From Bacteroidales bacterium (GTDB taxonomy: Bacteria; Bacteroidota; Bacteroidia; Bacteroidales; VadinHA17), in NCBI GenBank assembly GCA_963662685.1, contig OY759745.1:2309799-2373798 (forward strand): a stretch of 64,000 nt of DNA, read 5' to 3'. The position numbers and the translations under genes were made by a program. The notes under the pieces are model-generated. The model had not been told where the DNA came from. It saw nothing but the letters and a program-made list of their open reading frames with translations, and made no database searches. Below are positions 45,598 through 55,926 of the stretch, piece after piece (the first letter of the stretch is position 1; every line of letters starts with the position of its first letter).

Positions 45598-46953
45598 TTA
45601 TTTTTGAAATGTGACCTCACTGGAGGATCTCCTTCCGGTAGATTGCAGGTAAGTTGTCAGCTTCATATAATAGTCCGTACATGAGTCCACATATTGATCC
45701 CTGTTTTGCTGCAACAGGGTCTGGGCTTCCAACATATCGGTAAGCGAGACGGTTCCGGCATTATAGTAGTCTTTTAAATTGTGCAGGTTTTCTGTCGCTG
45801 ATTCAATAGATTTTTGCGCGATTAATGTCTGTTGATAGGCTTCGGTTAATTGATTCCATTTAGATTCAATGTCAACAGACATCAGTTCCCTCATGTTTTG
45901 TAATTGGTTCTCAGCCTTTTCTTTGTTGAGCTTTTGGGCTTTTATCGCATGGGATCCTTCCCACCATGAACTTAAAGGTATTGATACTGTCCCGAAAACT
46001 ACTCCCATATCTACATCTCTTTCAAGTACGTTATGGTACATATATCCGGCACCGGCAGCGATTGTAGGCATGTATTTACCAACAGTTATTTTGTTTTGTA
46101 GCCTGGCCGCCTCTACACCTTTACCAAGTAGTTGGGTTTCTATCCTGTCGTTTACTCCTTCTTCAGGTGACAGGTAAAAAGCTTCCGGATCCCGAACAAC
46201 AGGAAACTCAGATATACTTATATCAAAACTGTCTTCGCTGGCACCAGTTTGGTTTCGCAGCAACAATTTATATACTTTGATACCGTTCTCAACTTTTATC
46301 CGGCTACTTTCAATATTCTGCTGTTGTAGTTCCACTCTAAGGAGGTCGTTTTGTCTCGTTACACCAGCATCTACGGCAGCGACGACAGTCTTATGCAGTT
46401 CGTCAAGCTGCTCTGTAACGGCATCCAGAGTCTTAAGCTTTTCCGTAAGCGATACGATGTCCCAAAAATACTCTTCGGTTTTCATGATCACATCATTCTC
46501 TGTAAGAGAGATATTGAGCTCACTGACATCGCGGCCAACCCGTGCCAGCTTGTTTCCATTAATAATCTGTCCTCCCGCGAATATTGGTTGTGTCGCTGAC
46601 ACCATGCCAACAACACCGTCCTTGATTTTCTGTATCGGTATAGATGAAGGTATTGATGGCACTATAGCGCCCATGCCAATACTGGTCAATATTGATCCTA
46701 CCATAGAAAGATCTACGGTTTCATCTATTAGATATTCATTTGACCGGAATGCCACTCCCGAAGCCGACACTGATGGAAAGTACTTTGTAAAAGCCTCCTT
46801 TTTGGTTTGATCAGCCATCTCATAGTCGATATGACTGTTTTTTATGTCGTAGCTGTTTGTGAGTGACATCTCTATGCACTGTTCCAGTGTGTAGTTCTGC
46901 GCTGTGGCTATGAGCGGGCAGAACAATAAAACAATATATACGATTTTTTTCAT
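45598..46953 (-). CDS. TolC-family outer-membrane efflux protein
   Basis: Signal peptide, NYTLEQCIEMSLTNSYDIKN start and two-repeat coiled-coil organisation. The start overlaps the RND gene by 4 nt (ATGA). Confidence 0.88.
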   Translation of the reverse strand: MKKIVYIVLLFCPLIATAQNYTLEQCIEMSLTNSYDIKNSHIDYEMADQTKKEAFTKYFPSVSASGVAFRSNEYLIDETVDLSMVGSILTSIGMGAIVPSIPSSIPIQKIKDGVVGMVSATQPIFAGGQIINGNKLARVGRDVSELNISLTENDVIMKTEEYFWDIVSLTEKLKTLDAVTEQLDELHKTVVAAVDAGVTRQNDLLRVELQQQNIESSRIKVENGIKVYKLLLRNQTGASEDSFDISISEFPVVRDPEAFYLSPEEGVNDRIETQLLGKGVEAARLQNKITVGKYMPTIAAGAGYMYHNVLERDVDMGVVFGTVSIPLSSWWEGSHAIKAQKLNKEKAENQLQNMRELMSVDIESKWNQLTEAYQQTLIAQKSIESATENLHNLKDYYNAGTVSLTDMLEAQTLLQQNRDQYVDSCTDYYMKLTTYLQSTGRRSSSEVTFQK

Positions 46954-49900
46954 TTTTTCTTGTCATTAAGTTTCCAATATAGAACAGGTAGTATGGTGAT
47001 TGTCATCAGTAACAGGAAAATGCCACCACCGAACATAACCACGCCAACGGGAGCCCAGAAAGAACTGCCAGAGATGATCATAGGAACAACACCCACTGAT
47101 GCTGCCGCTGATGTCAAAAAGATAGGGATCATCCTGCGTCTTCCGGCATCGAATGCGGCATCTTTGGCCGACCATCCTTCTACTACAAATTTTTGCTCGG
47201 CATGCTGGAACATAAGTATTACGTTTCGTACCGTGATTCCAAAAAGACCGATAAGTCCCAGAACGCCTGTCAAACCTATTGTTATCTTAGATATCCAAAG
47301 TCCGAATACCGATCCGAACATGAATAACAATAGTGTGAACATCGAGATGATCGTCAGACCGAATTTGCCGTATGTGAACAACAAGAAAAAGAAAATAACC
47401 AGAAAAGCCGCAATGATTGCGTAGAGTACGGGCATAAGGGTATCGTGGTTATCTTCAGGTTCCCCGCCTACCTGATATTTAACATTATCTGGCAGGGATG
47501 GCATTATTTCTCCTTTTATCATTTTTTGAATAGACGTTAACAACTTTCCTGGCAAAACTCCTCGCTTGGTATCGGCTGTTACTGTAATAGTACGCATTCC
47601 GTTGCGGTGGACTATCTTGCTCTCGCTCCAAACAGGGTTGACCGACGCTATCTGCCGTAATGGTACGCTAACTGTTGGAATCAATGTGGATACATAGGTG
47701 TTTCCAATATCCTCAAGGGTCATCTCATCGCCTTTACTTCTCGATTTGAGTACAATAGGTATATTGTCGTTGTTTTCGGTAATTGACCCCATCGATATTT
47801 CATCAGTAGCCAGCATAAGGTTAGCGGCGGTAAGGATGCGCATGGCTCCAAGCTGAGAAGCTTTAACATGATCAATATCTACATCCAATACAGGTACCAT
47901 ATCCCCCCAGTCGGTGTGTACGTTGGTCAGGCCTGGCATCTCTTCCATACGAGCCGACAATAATTGAGCGGCATTTTTCAGCTCTTCTGTATTATCTCCA
48001 TAGAAACGGAACTCAAAAGTAGGAACATGTTGATAATCTATCTGCTTGAATTTTATGTAAGCATTTGGGAAATAGTGCGCATAATAATCGGTATATTCAT
48101 CAAGCACGGCTTCTGTCTCTTCCGTTGATCCTGTATTGACTATGAACTGGGCATAGCTGTCTGATGGCATTTTGGGAGCGTATGTGATCTGGAAACGGGG
48201 AGAGGACATTCCTATGAACTCGGTAACCGATTTGATTCTCTCGTCTTTGGAAAGCATATGCATAAGCGAGTCAGCTACCTCAGCTGTACAGTTCAATGGA
48301 GTACCATCAGGCAAATATATCTCTACGGCGAACTGGTCACGCTCGGCGTAAGGCATCATACGGAAGTTTATATGAGGCACTATTATCAATGAGATAATTA
48401 TAGATAACACTCCGATAGAGATTGTAAGCCATGCATGTCTGAAGTTCCATTCAAGCAGTCTCACGTAATATGCGTGCATCTTCTCCGTGAATCTTTTTTT
48501 GTTTGCGTTGGGATCTTCTCCTTCCCGGGGCTTGATGATCGCTACTTCGAGATATGGTATTACCATAACTGCGAGGACTAACGAGATCATCAGGTTTATC
48601 GTTATGGTGAACGGGAAGTAATATGTAAACTCGGCTACCAGACCTTTGAAAAGTGCCAGTATAGGATAAAAAATAAGGCAGATGCAAAGCGTAGCCAAAA
48701 ACATTGGCATGAAATATTGCCGTGCGCTATTTACCGCGGCATCCCGCGGTGATGAACCTTCTCCAAGAAGATGAATATACCCATCTATCATCACAATGGA
48801 ATTGTCCACTGTCATACCTAGGACAACTACAAGTGCCGCGAATGTCACTGTATTAAGTGGTATTCCGAAGAGATACATCAATCCTATAGAGATAAAACTG
48901 TTCAACGGGATGACAATGGCAGCGACAAGTGCTGAGCGTAACGGGAATAGCAGCATCATAACTATAATGATTACCAGAATGGCAAGAATAAGATCCCGCA
49001 GGAACGACAGAACCGATGTGTTTACTACATGGGCCTGATCAGTGATACGTTCGAGTCTGACATCATCAGGTAATGCGCTGTTTTTATATTCGTTCAGAAC
49101 TTTGTCGACATCCTTACCGAATTTCACAATGTTGTATCCATCTCTCATTTCGAGCGAGAGAACAAGACATGTGTTGCCATTATAAGTTACGTAACTTTCA
49201 TTTGTGGGGTATTCTCTTACAACATCGGCGACATCCTTGACCCTTATCATATTTCCTTCGGGATCGCTGTATATTATCTGATCCTCCACTTCCCGCACAC
49301 TACTGTATGTGGGCCTGACATGTACCGGCACCTCTATCTGTTCGTTATCTATACTACCACCGGGAGCGAGTGATTGGGCGAAGATTTCCGACATCAACAG
49401 CTTATCGTTTATTCCGTACGAGGATAGTTTGTCGCGGTTTACATAAACAGATACCTGCTCTTCAATGTCTCCATACAACCTGACGTTGGATATTGATTCG
49501 ATGCGGCGAAGCCTGTCGCTCAACCCATCCGCATACTCCTTCAAATCCTTTTGTGAACGGTTTTCCGATTCCATGGCCAGAAGCAATGCTGAAGTATCAC
49601 CAAAATCATCCTGGGCTACAAGGGCAATTACGCCTGACGGCAACTCAAGTTTCAGTGTTGTGAGACCATGTTTGATCTTCGACCACACCTCATCTTTGTT
49701 TTTGACGTTATCATTCAGTTCTACCATCGCGTAACACATTCCGTTTTCGGAAGTGGTAGTTGTATAACCTCGCTTTATTTCAGGGAAGGAGAACAAAAAC
49801 TCTTCCAATGGCTCCGCGAGCTGTTTCTCTACCTCTTCAGAGGTAGCGCCAGGGTAGATACCTACAATAACGCCCTGACGTATGGTGTATTCAGGAAATT

Positions 49901-50018
49901 CCTGTTTTGGCATAATAACTAGGGCAATAATTCCGAACGCCACCATCAACCCGACCAGCAGGAAGATGATAGAAGGATGTTTCATCGCCCATTCGATTAA
50001 ATCGTGTTTCCGTTTCAT
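46950..50018 (-). CDS. RND efflux pump permease (AcrB/HAE1-like)
   Basis: 1022 aa in a 12-TM RND layout: FPEYTIRQGVIVGIYPGATSEEVE, GMTVDNSIV and FGITVRNVILM. Confidence 0.93.
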   Translation of the reverse strand: MKRKHDLIEWAMKHPSIIFLLVGLMVAFGIIALVIMPKQEFPEYTIRQGVIVGIYPGATSEEVEKQLAEPLEEFLFSFPEIKRGYTTTTSENGMCYAMVELNDNVKNKDEVWSKIKHGLTTLKLELPSGVIALVAQDDFGDTSALLLAMESENRSQKDLKEYADGLSDRLRRIESISNVRLYGDIEEQVSVYVNRDKLSSYGINDKLLMSEIFAQSLAPGGSIDNEQIEVPVHVRPTYSSVREVEDQIIYSDPEGNMIRVKDVADVVREYPTNESYVTYNGNTCLVLSLEMRDGYNIVKFGKDVDKVLNEYKNSALPDDVRLERITDQAHVVNTSVLSFLRDLILAILVIIIVMMLLFPLRSALVAAIVIPLNSFISIGLMYLFGIPLNTVTFAALVVVLGMTVDNSIVMIDGYIHLLGEGSSPRDAAVNSARQYFMPMFLATLCICLIFYPILALFKGLVAEFTYYFPFTITINLMISLVLAVMVIPYLEVAIIKPREGEDPNANKKRFTEKMHAYYVRLLEWNFRHAWLTISIGVLSIIISLIIVPHINFRMMPYAERDQFAVEIYLPDGTPLNCTAEVADSLMHMLSKDERIKSVTEFIGMSSPRFQITYAPKMPSDSYAQFIVNTGSTEETEAVLDEYTDYYAHYFPNAYIKFKQIDYQHVPTFEFRFYGDNTEELKNAAQLLSARMEEMPGLTNVHTDWGDMVPVLDVDIDHVKASQLGAMRILTAANLMLATDEISMGSITENNDNIPIVLKSRSKGDEMTLEDIGNTYVSTLIPTVSVPLRQIASVNPVWSESKIVHRNGMRTITVTADTKRGVLPGKLLTSIQKMIKGEIMPSLPDNVKYQVGGEPEDNHDTLMPVLYAIIAAFLVIFFFLLFTYGKFGLTIISMFTLLLFMFGSVFGLWISKITIGLTGVLGLIGLFGITVRNVILMFQHAEQKFVVEGWSAKDAAFDAGRRRMIPIFLTSAAASVGVVPMIISGSSFWAPVGVVMFGGGIFLLLMTITILPVLYWKLNDKKK

Positions 50019-51055
50019 CTCTCACTTATTTTGTCGCCTTCACTTATTTTTTGATAACCTTCAGTGATTACCCGGTCGCCTGCTTTAAGGCCACCAGTGA
50101 TCTCTATGCTGTTACCTTTTATATTACCGGTAATTACTGGTTTGCTCATGGCTGTTCCGTTTTCAACACACCACACATATTTGTCTCTGTTAACCGATGT
50201 GTTTATAATATTGATGGGTACGATTATGCTTTTTGTGTTTTCATTAATGGTTATCTCAACATTACAGACCATTCCGGGTAATAATTCGTATTGCGGATTA
50301 GCTATGGAGATATGGGCGGGATAGGTGTGTGAAATAGCATTCGCTTCTACACCCTTTTCGATATTTTGTCCTGAAAATTCTTTATCACCCAACGCTGAGA
50401 TATTTATTTTTGAGGAGCAACCGATAGGAATTGTCGATATCTCGTTTTCAGGTACAGAGATATTTACTTTTACCGGATTTATGTCGAGTATTGTCAACAC
50501 TGTCTTTCCTATAATAGCTGATTCTCCGGCCTCTGCCATTTTTTTGCCGACAACTCCGTCCATGGGGGCGTATAGAACACAGTTTTCAAGGTTTTTACTG
50601 GCAATGTTATATGCCGATTGAGCCTGTTGAAGTTTTGTCTCAATGTCAATAAGCTGTATTTCAGGTAAGCTGCCGTTGTCGTGTATCGACTTCAGACGCC
50701 CATACCCATCCTGGGCCTGTTTTAACGTCGATTCGGCCGCATCCAGAACGTTTTGTGCCGAGGTCTGATCCAGTTTTGCCAACAGTTGCCCTTTCTTTAC
50801 GTATTCCCCTTCTGAGACATAAATACTTTCGATAGTCCCTATCGAAGGAAAACTGAGGGCTACAGAAGATTCTTCTTCTATTACCCCAACATAATCCAGT
50901 GTACTGAGTAAATTAGACTCCACTACCGTTTCGGTTTTTACCTTAACAGTTTCGTTTGCTTGCCGTATAATATCTTCCGATGAACAACGGCACAAAATGA
51001 CGGCTAATATGCCCGTCGTTAATGGTAATAATTTTACCGATACCAATCCTTTCAT
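50015..51055 (-). CDS. RND efflux periplasmic adaptor (membrane fusion protein)
   Basis: Lipoyl/hairpin/beta-barrel order is preserved, e.g. YVSEGEYVKKGQLLAKLD. The ATG at 51055 is preferred over the GTG at 51061. It overlaps the pump gene by 4 nt. Confidence 0.88.
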   Translation of the reverse strand: MKGLVSVKLLPLTTGILAVILCRCSSEDIIRQANETVKVKTETVVESNLLSTLDYVGVIEEESSVALSFPSIGTIESIYVSEGEYVKKGQLLAKLDQTSAQNVLDAAESTLKQAQDGYGRLKSIHDNGSLPEIQLIDIETKLQQAQSAYNIASKNLENCVLYAPMDGVVGKKMAEAGESAIIGKTVLTILDINPVKVNISVPENEISTIPIGCSSKINISALGDKEFSGQNIEKGVEANAISHTYPAHISIANPQYELLPGMVCNVEITINENTKSIIVPINIINTSVNRDKYVWCVENGTAMSKPVITGNIKGNSIEITGGLKAGDRVITEGYQKISEGDKISER

Positions 51056-51222
51056 GTTCACGATCCTTTTATTATTTTTAATTTGATCGCGAATGTCATA
51101 TTTATTACCTGATAGGTAGTGTCTTGTTTTTCGTCAAAATTGTTCAATTAGTCGACAATATGTTATTTTTAAAATAAATTAACAAAAAAATTTATTCAAT
51201 TTGTCGCTTTAAATACTTTGCT

Positions 51223-52140
51223 ATGTATGAGACGCAGATCACAAGTTTTTCCCTTGAATCGTTAGAATCAAGTAATTCATTTGTTGAACCAGGGGACCAC
51301 CTATACAACGATTGTTTTTTTGCGCACCGGGATATGAGTTCGAGCGATCAACTTGGTATATTCAAATATCCATGCCGTTTTGATGCATATATAGCTATTC
51401 TTTGCATTGCTGGAGATGCTGAAGTCGTTCTTAACCTGAGGCGTTACCTGATAAAGAAAAACACAATATTTTTCAGTAAGCCTAATGATATTATTCAACT
51501 GGAGAAGTGGAAGGATAGTGAATTTTATGTAATAGCGTTTAACGATAACTTTATAAGGTGCGTCAATATTGATTACAAAATGTTGCTTTCAGCATTTCTT
51601 GAAATGAGAAAACGTCCATGTATAGAGATAACTGATGAAGAGACCAATAGTTTGTCAGAGACGTTTCACAATTTATCGGAAGACCTGAAATTATATATGG
51701 CTACCAGATATTCTGATGAGATATTAATGACATATATAAGTCTTTCCGCTTATAAAGCTTTTTCTATTGTAGGAAGGCACCAGGAAGCTTCAGTTGATAA
51801 TCTGGATAATCTTTCGCATAGAAATGAGGACTATCTGAATAAGTTTATGGAATTGCTGGGAAAAAACTTTTACAAGGAACGTAATATCGGGTTTTATGCT
51901 TCGCAGATTTGCGTTACTCCAAAATACCTGACGTCGCTGATAAAGAGGGTAAGCGGCAAATCGGCAGGTCAGTGGATTGATGAATCAATAGTACTTGAAG
52001 CGAAACATCTACTCAAGTACTCTAATATGACGGTACAAGAGATAGCCGATTATCTGAATTTTCCGAACCAGTCTTTTTTTGCGCAGTATTTCAGGAGGCA
52101 GACAGGCATGACGCCAAGCAATTACAAAAAGCAGCCTTGA
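51223..52140 (+). CDS. AraC family transcriptional regulator, divergent from the efflux operon
   Basis: C-terminal double HTH: YASQICVTPKYLTSLIKRVSGKSAGQWI and VQEIADYLNFPNQSFFAQYFRRQTGMTPSNY. Confidence 0.9.
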   Translation: MYETQITSFSLESLESSNSFVEPGDHLYNDCFFAHRDMSSSDQLGIFKYPCRFDAYIAILCIAGDAEVVLNLRRYLIKKNTIFFSKPNDIIQLEKWKDSEFYVIAFNDNFIRCVNIDYKMLLSAFLEMRKRPCIEITDEETNSLSETFHNLSEDLKLYMATRYSDEILMTYISLSAYKAFSIVGRHQEASVDNLDNLSHRNEDYLNKFMELLGKNFYKERNIGFYASQICVTPKYLTSLIKRVSGKSAGQWIDESIVLEAKHLLKYSNMTVQEIADYLNFPNQSFFAQYFRRQTGMTPSNYKKQP

Positions 52141-52192
52141 TGTAATTCCGGCACATATATTCTCCTAACGTAAACATATAAGTATTAACTAA

Positions 52193-52228
52193 AAAGGTGC
52201 GGCAATCCACATAAGACGCCGCACCTTT
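52193..52228. terminator. Terminator hairpin shared by fba (minus) and the AraC gene (plus)
   Basis: AAAGGTGCGGC...GCCGCACCTTT, an 11-bp stem. A T-run follows on the minus strand. Confidence 0.75.
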
Positions 52229-52278
52229 GAATTTGTATCACTACCCCCTGAAAAGTGACTCAGGATCAGTAGGTTTGG

Positions 52279-53241
52279 TTATGCTTTGTTGTCGCTTCCC
52301 AATACGTTTATAACTTTATTTATGTAAAGTTCTTTGAGTTTGTCGCGGGCAGGGCCCAGATATTTTCTGGGGTCAAATTCTTCCGGTTTTTCGACAAAAA
52401 CTTTGCGGACAGCGGCGGTCATGGCCAGACGTCCGTCAGAGTCGATATTTATTTTGCAGACAGCTGATTTAGCAGCATCTCTTAACTGTTCCTCAGGGAT
52501 ACCAATAGAATCATTGAGTTTGCCACCATACTGATTGATTTCAGCAACTATATCTTGTGGCACGCTTGAAGAACCGTGAAGAACGATAGGGAATCCAGGA
52601 ATGCGTTTTTCAATTTCAGCCAGAATGTCCAACCTTATCTGGGGTTTTTGTCCCGGTTTGAATTTGAATGCGCCATGTGATGTCCCGATAGATATAGCAA
52701 GTGAGTCAACACCGGTACGTTTTACGAAATCTTCAACCTCTTCAGGTTGGGTGTAAGTATGGGACTCAGCTACAACGTCGTCTTCAACGCCGGCAAGGAC
52801 ACCTAATTCACCCTCAACGGTAACATCGTATTTATGAGCGTATTCAACAACTTTAGCGGTAAGGTCTACGTTAACATCGTATGGATGGTGCGAACCGTCG
52901 ATCATGACAGAAGAAAAGCCGTATTCAATACATGATTTGCATAATTCAAAGGTATCACCATGATCGAGATGCAATACTATTGGAATATTATAACCAAGCT
53001 CTTTTGCGTATTCTACCGCTCCCTGAGCCATATAACGAAGCAGAGTCTGGTTGGCATATTTGCGAGCGCCACTTGATACCTGAAGAATAACAGGTGACTT
53101 TGTCTCTACACAAGCCGCTATAATAGCCTGCATCTGTTCCATGTTGTTAAAATTGAAAGCGGGAATGGCGTATCCGCCGGCTACTGCGTTTTTAAAAAGT
53201 TCGCGTGAGTTTACTAACCCCAAATCTTTGTAATTTACCAT
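52279..53241 (-). CDS. fba: Class II fructose-1,6-bisphosphate aldolase
   Basis: YAIPAFNFNNMEQ, PVILQVS.GA, HLDHG and GELG. Confidence 0.93.
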   Translation of the reverse strand: MVNYKDLGLVNSRELFKNAVAGGYAIPAFNFNNMEQMQAIIAACVETKSPVILQVSSGARKYANQTLLRYMAQGAVEYAKELGYNIPIVLHLDHGDTFELCKSCIEYGFSSVMIDGSHHPYDVNVDLTAKVVEYAHKYDVTVEGELGVLAGVEDDVVAESHTYTQPEEVEDFVKRTGVDSLAISIGTSHGAFKFKPGQKPQIRLDILAEIEKRIPGFPIVLHGSSSVPQDIVAEINQYGGKLNDSIGIPEEQLRDAAKSAVCKINIDSDGRLAMTAAVRKVFVEKPEEFDPRKYLGPARDKLKELYINKVINVLGSDNKA

Positions 53242-53355
53242 AATAGATATATTAAAATGTTTGATATTTATATTAATTGTAATATTTTACAATAAAAAGT
53301 ACAAGATTAATCGATTTAATTGAAAATATTGCTATATACGGTACTTTTTTTATCG

Positions 53356-53529
53356 CTAATTTTCATCTGATTTGTCGGTAATACGGCCTCCTTTATGTTT
53401 CTTTTTCCGGTTGTAATTTTTTTTGCTGGAGAAGACCTTGTTTACCGATTTCCATCCATGTTCATTATCCAGGGCAGCATCACGACTTCCTTTGCGTACA
53501 GCTTTTATATAATCCTTAAATTTGTCCAC
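53356..53529 (-). CDS. Unlisted 57-aa highly basic small ORF (GTG start)
   Basis: My own translation gives (M)DKFKDYIKAVRKGSRDAALDNEHGWKSVNKVFSSKKNYNRKKKHKGGRITDKSDEN*. It resembles small lysine-rich KSKK.Y.RK.KH proteins I recall from Bacteroidota, but I cannot name a family. There is no consensus promoter box, and it competes with a poor 85-aa plus-strand ORF. Confidence 0.3.
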   Translation of the reverse strand: MDKFKDYIKAVRKGSRDAALDNEHGWKSVNKVFSSKKNYNRKKKHKGGRITDKSDEN

Positions 53530-53778
53530 CTTTTACCGCTTTTCAGTATCTTCGCGAAGATAATAAAAAGAGGCCGACCCATTTATGATCTGTTTGTTTC
53601 TGATCGGCACCATTTGGCTATAAATGTTCTTTATTGTATAACTAAATTATAATCAGCGACTAATGATAGACAATTTAAGTATATGAAATCCACATCTTAT
53701 ATTCAAACGGCATCAGAACCACAATAATTTTTTAATATATGGGTTACATGTGCCATTGGAAATCAAAATTTTATACAC

Positions 53779-55830
53779 ATGAAAATAATAATGAAAATAA
53801 TGATTACAGCAACATTGGTAGCGGCCATGTCGTGTCAGAACCGCGATCAGGCAAAAAATGAAGAGGATAACTTTATATATTCTGTTGACAGATTCGCTGA
53901 TATTGAAGTTTTACGTTATCAGGTACCTGGTTTTGAGGAATTATCATTAAGTCAGAAACAACTGTTATACCATTTGTCGGAGGCCGCACTTATGGGTCGT
54001 GATATCCTGTTTGATCAGAATAACAGATATAATCTGGCTATAAGAAGGGCACTGGAGGTTGTTTATTCTACTTATGATGGAGACAGGAACGATGAACAGT
54101 TTCAGGCACTGGAGACCTATCTTAAAAGGGTTTGGTTCTCCAACGGTATTCATCACCATTACTCAATGGACAAGTTTGTGCCGGGATTTTCAAAGGAATT
54201 TTTTGAGGCATATATTCGCAACGCCGACGCTTCGGGGTTGCCCCTGAGGGAGGGCCAGAGTGTTGACCAATGGCTGGATGAGATTACTCCGGTGATATTC
54301 GACAAGGATGTGATGTCGAAGAGGGTGGTGCAGAGCGGAGATAAAGATCTTATAACAAGTTCCGCCAATAACTATTATGGCGAGGGTATAACCCAGGCCG
54401 AAGTCGATGCTTTTTACGACAGGACGAAAGATCCAAACGATGCTACTCCTGTATCATATGGTTTGAACAGCAGGCTGGTAAAAGAGGATGGTGTATTGAA
54501 AGAGGTTGTCTGGAAAGTTGGTGGACTTTATACGGAGGCACTTGAGAAGATAGTGGATGAGTTGCGGAAAGCCGCTTCTTTTGCTGAAAACGAAGCACAG
54601 AAGGCAGTTATTGACAAATTAATAGAGTTTAATATGTCGGGCGACCTTGTGGTTTTTGATGAGTATGCTATTTTATGGGTGGAAGACCTTGATTCGGAAG
54701 TTGATTTTGTTAATGGTTTTACAGAGACTTACGGTGATCCTTTGGGAATGAAGGCAAGTTGGGAGTCGGTTGTCAATTTCAAAAACAATGAAGCGACCAA
54801 AAGAACCAGGATAATAAGCGGTAATGCCCAGTGGTTTGAAGATAACTCTCCGACAGACGAAAAGTTTAAAAAAGAAGAGGTAAAAGGCGTTTCGGCAAAG
54901 GTTATTACCGTAGCTATGCTTGGAGGAGATTGTTATCCGGCTACACCAATAGGCATAAATCTTCCCAATTCAAACTGGATACGATCCACTCACGGATCCA
55001 AGTCGGTTACCATTGAAAATATTACCCAGGCGTATGATAAGGCTACCCAGGGTAGTGGATTCGCTCCGGAGTTTTATTGGAGTGACGTTGAGAGAAATAT
55101 GGTTAAAAAATATGGTTTTATAACCGACAACCTTCACACTGATTTACATGAATGTCTTGGACACGGTTCCGGTAAATTGCTTCCCGGTGTTGATCCGGAT
55201 GCTTTGAAGGCCTATGGCTCTACGCTTGAAGAAGCGAGAGCTGATCTTTTCGCTCTCTATTATCTGGCTGATGATAAGATGGTAGAACTTGGCCTGGTTG
55301 ACGATAAGGATGCATATAAGGCTGAGTATTATACGTATATGATGAATGGTATGATGACCCAGCTTGTACGTGTCGAATTGGGAAAAGATGTAGAGGAGGC
55401 ACATATGCGTAATCGTCAGCTTATAGCTATGTGGGCGTATGAGAAAGGCAAAGCCGATAATGTTGTTGAGTACCGGGTACGTGATGGTAAGAAATATGTT
55501 GTTATCAATGATTACGAAAAATTACGTGATCTGTTCGGACAACTGCTCGTTGAAGTTCAGAGAATAAAGAGTGAGGGCGATTTTGAGGCTGGCAAGGCTT
55601 TGGTCGAAAATTATGGTGTTAAAGTCGATCAGAAACTTCATGCCGAGGTACTGGAGCGTTATGCGGGACTGAACCTTGCGCCCTATAAAGGCTTCGTAAA
55701 TCCTGTTATGAAAGAGATAACGGACGTCAGCGGCAACGTGACTGATGTTGTGCTTGACTACACCGAGGGATATGTGGACCAGATGATGCGTTACAGCAGG
55801 GATTATTCATATCTGCCAACATATAACTAA
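53779..55830 (+). CDS. M49 family (dipeptidyl-peptidase III-like) zinc peptidase, lipoprotein
   Basis: Lipobox AAMSC. M49 zinc motifs are HECLGHGSG (HExxGH) and EEARAD (EExRAE/D). Confidence 0.85.
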   Translation: MKIIMKIMITATLVAAMSCQNRDQAKNEEDNFIYSVDRFADIEVLRYQVPGFEELSLSQKQLLYHLSEAALMGRDILFDQNNRYNLAIRRALEVVYSTYDGDRNDEQFQALETYLKRVWFSNGIHHHYSMDKFVPGFSKEFFEAYIRNADASGLPLREGQSVDQWLDEITPVIFDKDVMSKRVVQSGDKDLITSSANNYYGEGITQAEVDAFYDRTKDPNDATPVSYGLNSRLVKEDGVLKEVVWKVGGLYTEALEKIVDELRKAASFAENEAQKAVIDKLIEFNMSGDLVVFDEYAILWVEDLDSEVDFVNGFTETYGDPLGMKASWESVVNFKNNEATKRTRIISGNAQWFEDNSPTDEKFKKEEVKGVSAKVITVAMLGGDCYPATPIGINLPNSNWIRSTHGSKSVTIENITQAYDKATQGSGFAPEFYWSDVERNMVKKYGFITDNLHTDLHECLGHGSGKLLPGVDPDALKAYGSTLEEARADLFALYYLADDKMVELGLVDDKDAYKAEYYTYMMNGMMTQLVRVELGKDVEEAHMRNRQLIAMWAYEKGKADNVVEYRVRDGKKYVVINDYEKLRDLFGQLLVEVQRIKSEGDFEAGKALVENYGVKVDQKLHAEVLERYAGLNLAPYKGFVNPVMKEITDVSGNVTDVVLDYTEGYVDQMMRYSRDYSYLPTYN

Positions 55831-55926
55831 AATCACCTAAATTCCCGAACAAGGAGATTATGTTGACCGCACGGTGGTTGATGGCATTATTACTGGTCTG
55901 GGAACGTCGTTTTGAACGTTCTTTTC

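Noticed and set aside
46277-46810. 177-aa plus-strand ORF inside the TolC-family gene. Similar shadow ORFs lie at 12107-12532, 30073-30519, 33086-33493, 40012-40416, 44878-45228, 46960-47424 and 60889-61233.
   Set aside because: Each is embedded in a longer ORF in another frame or on the opposite strand that has strong family signatures. The compositions are Ser/Cys/Arg-rich or low-complexity. I treat them as non-coding shadows.
53395-53652. 85-aa plus-strand ORF upstream of the M49 peptidase gene
   Set aside because: It is Phe/Ile-rich with no domain or promoter. It overlaps the more protein-like basic ORF on the opposite strand. It is probably non-coding.
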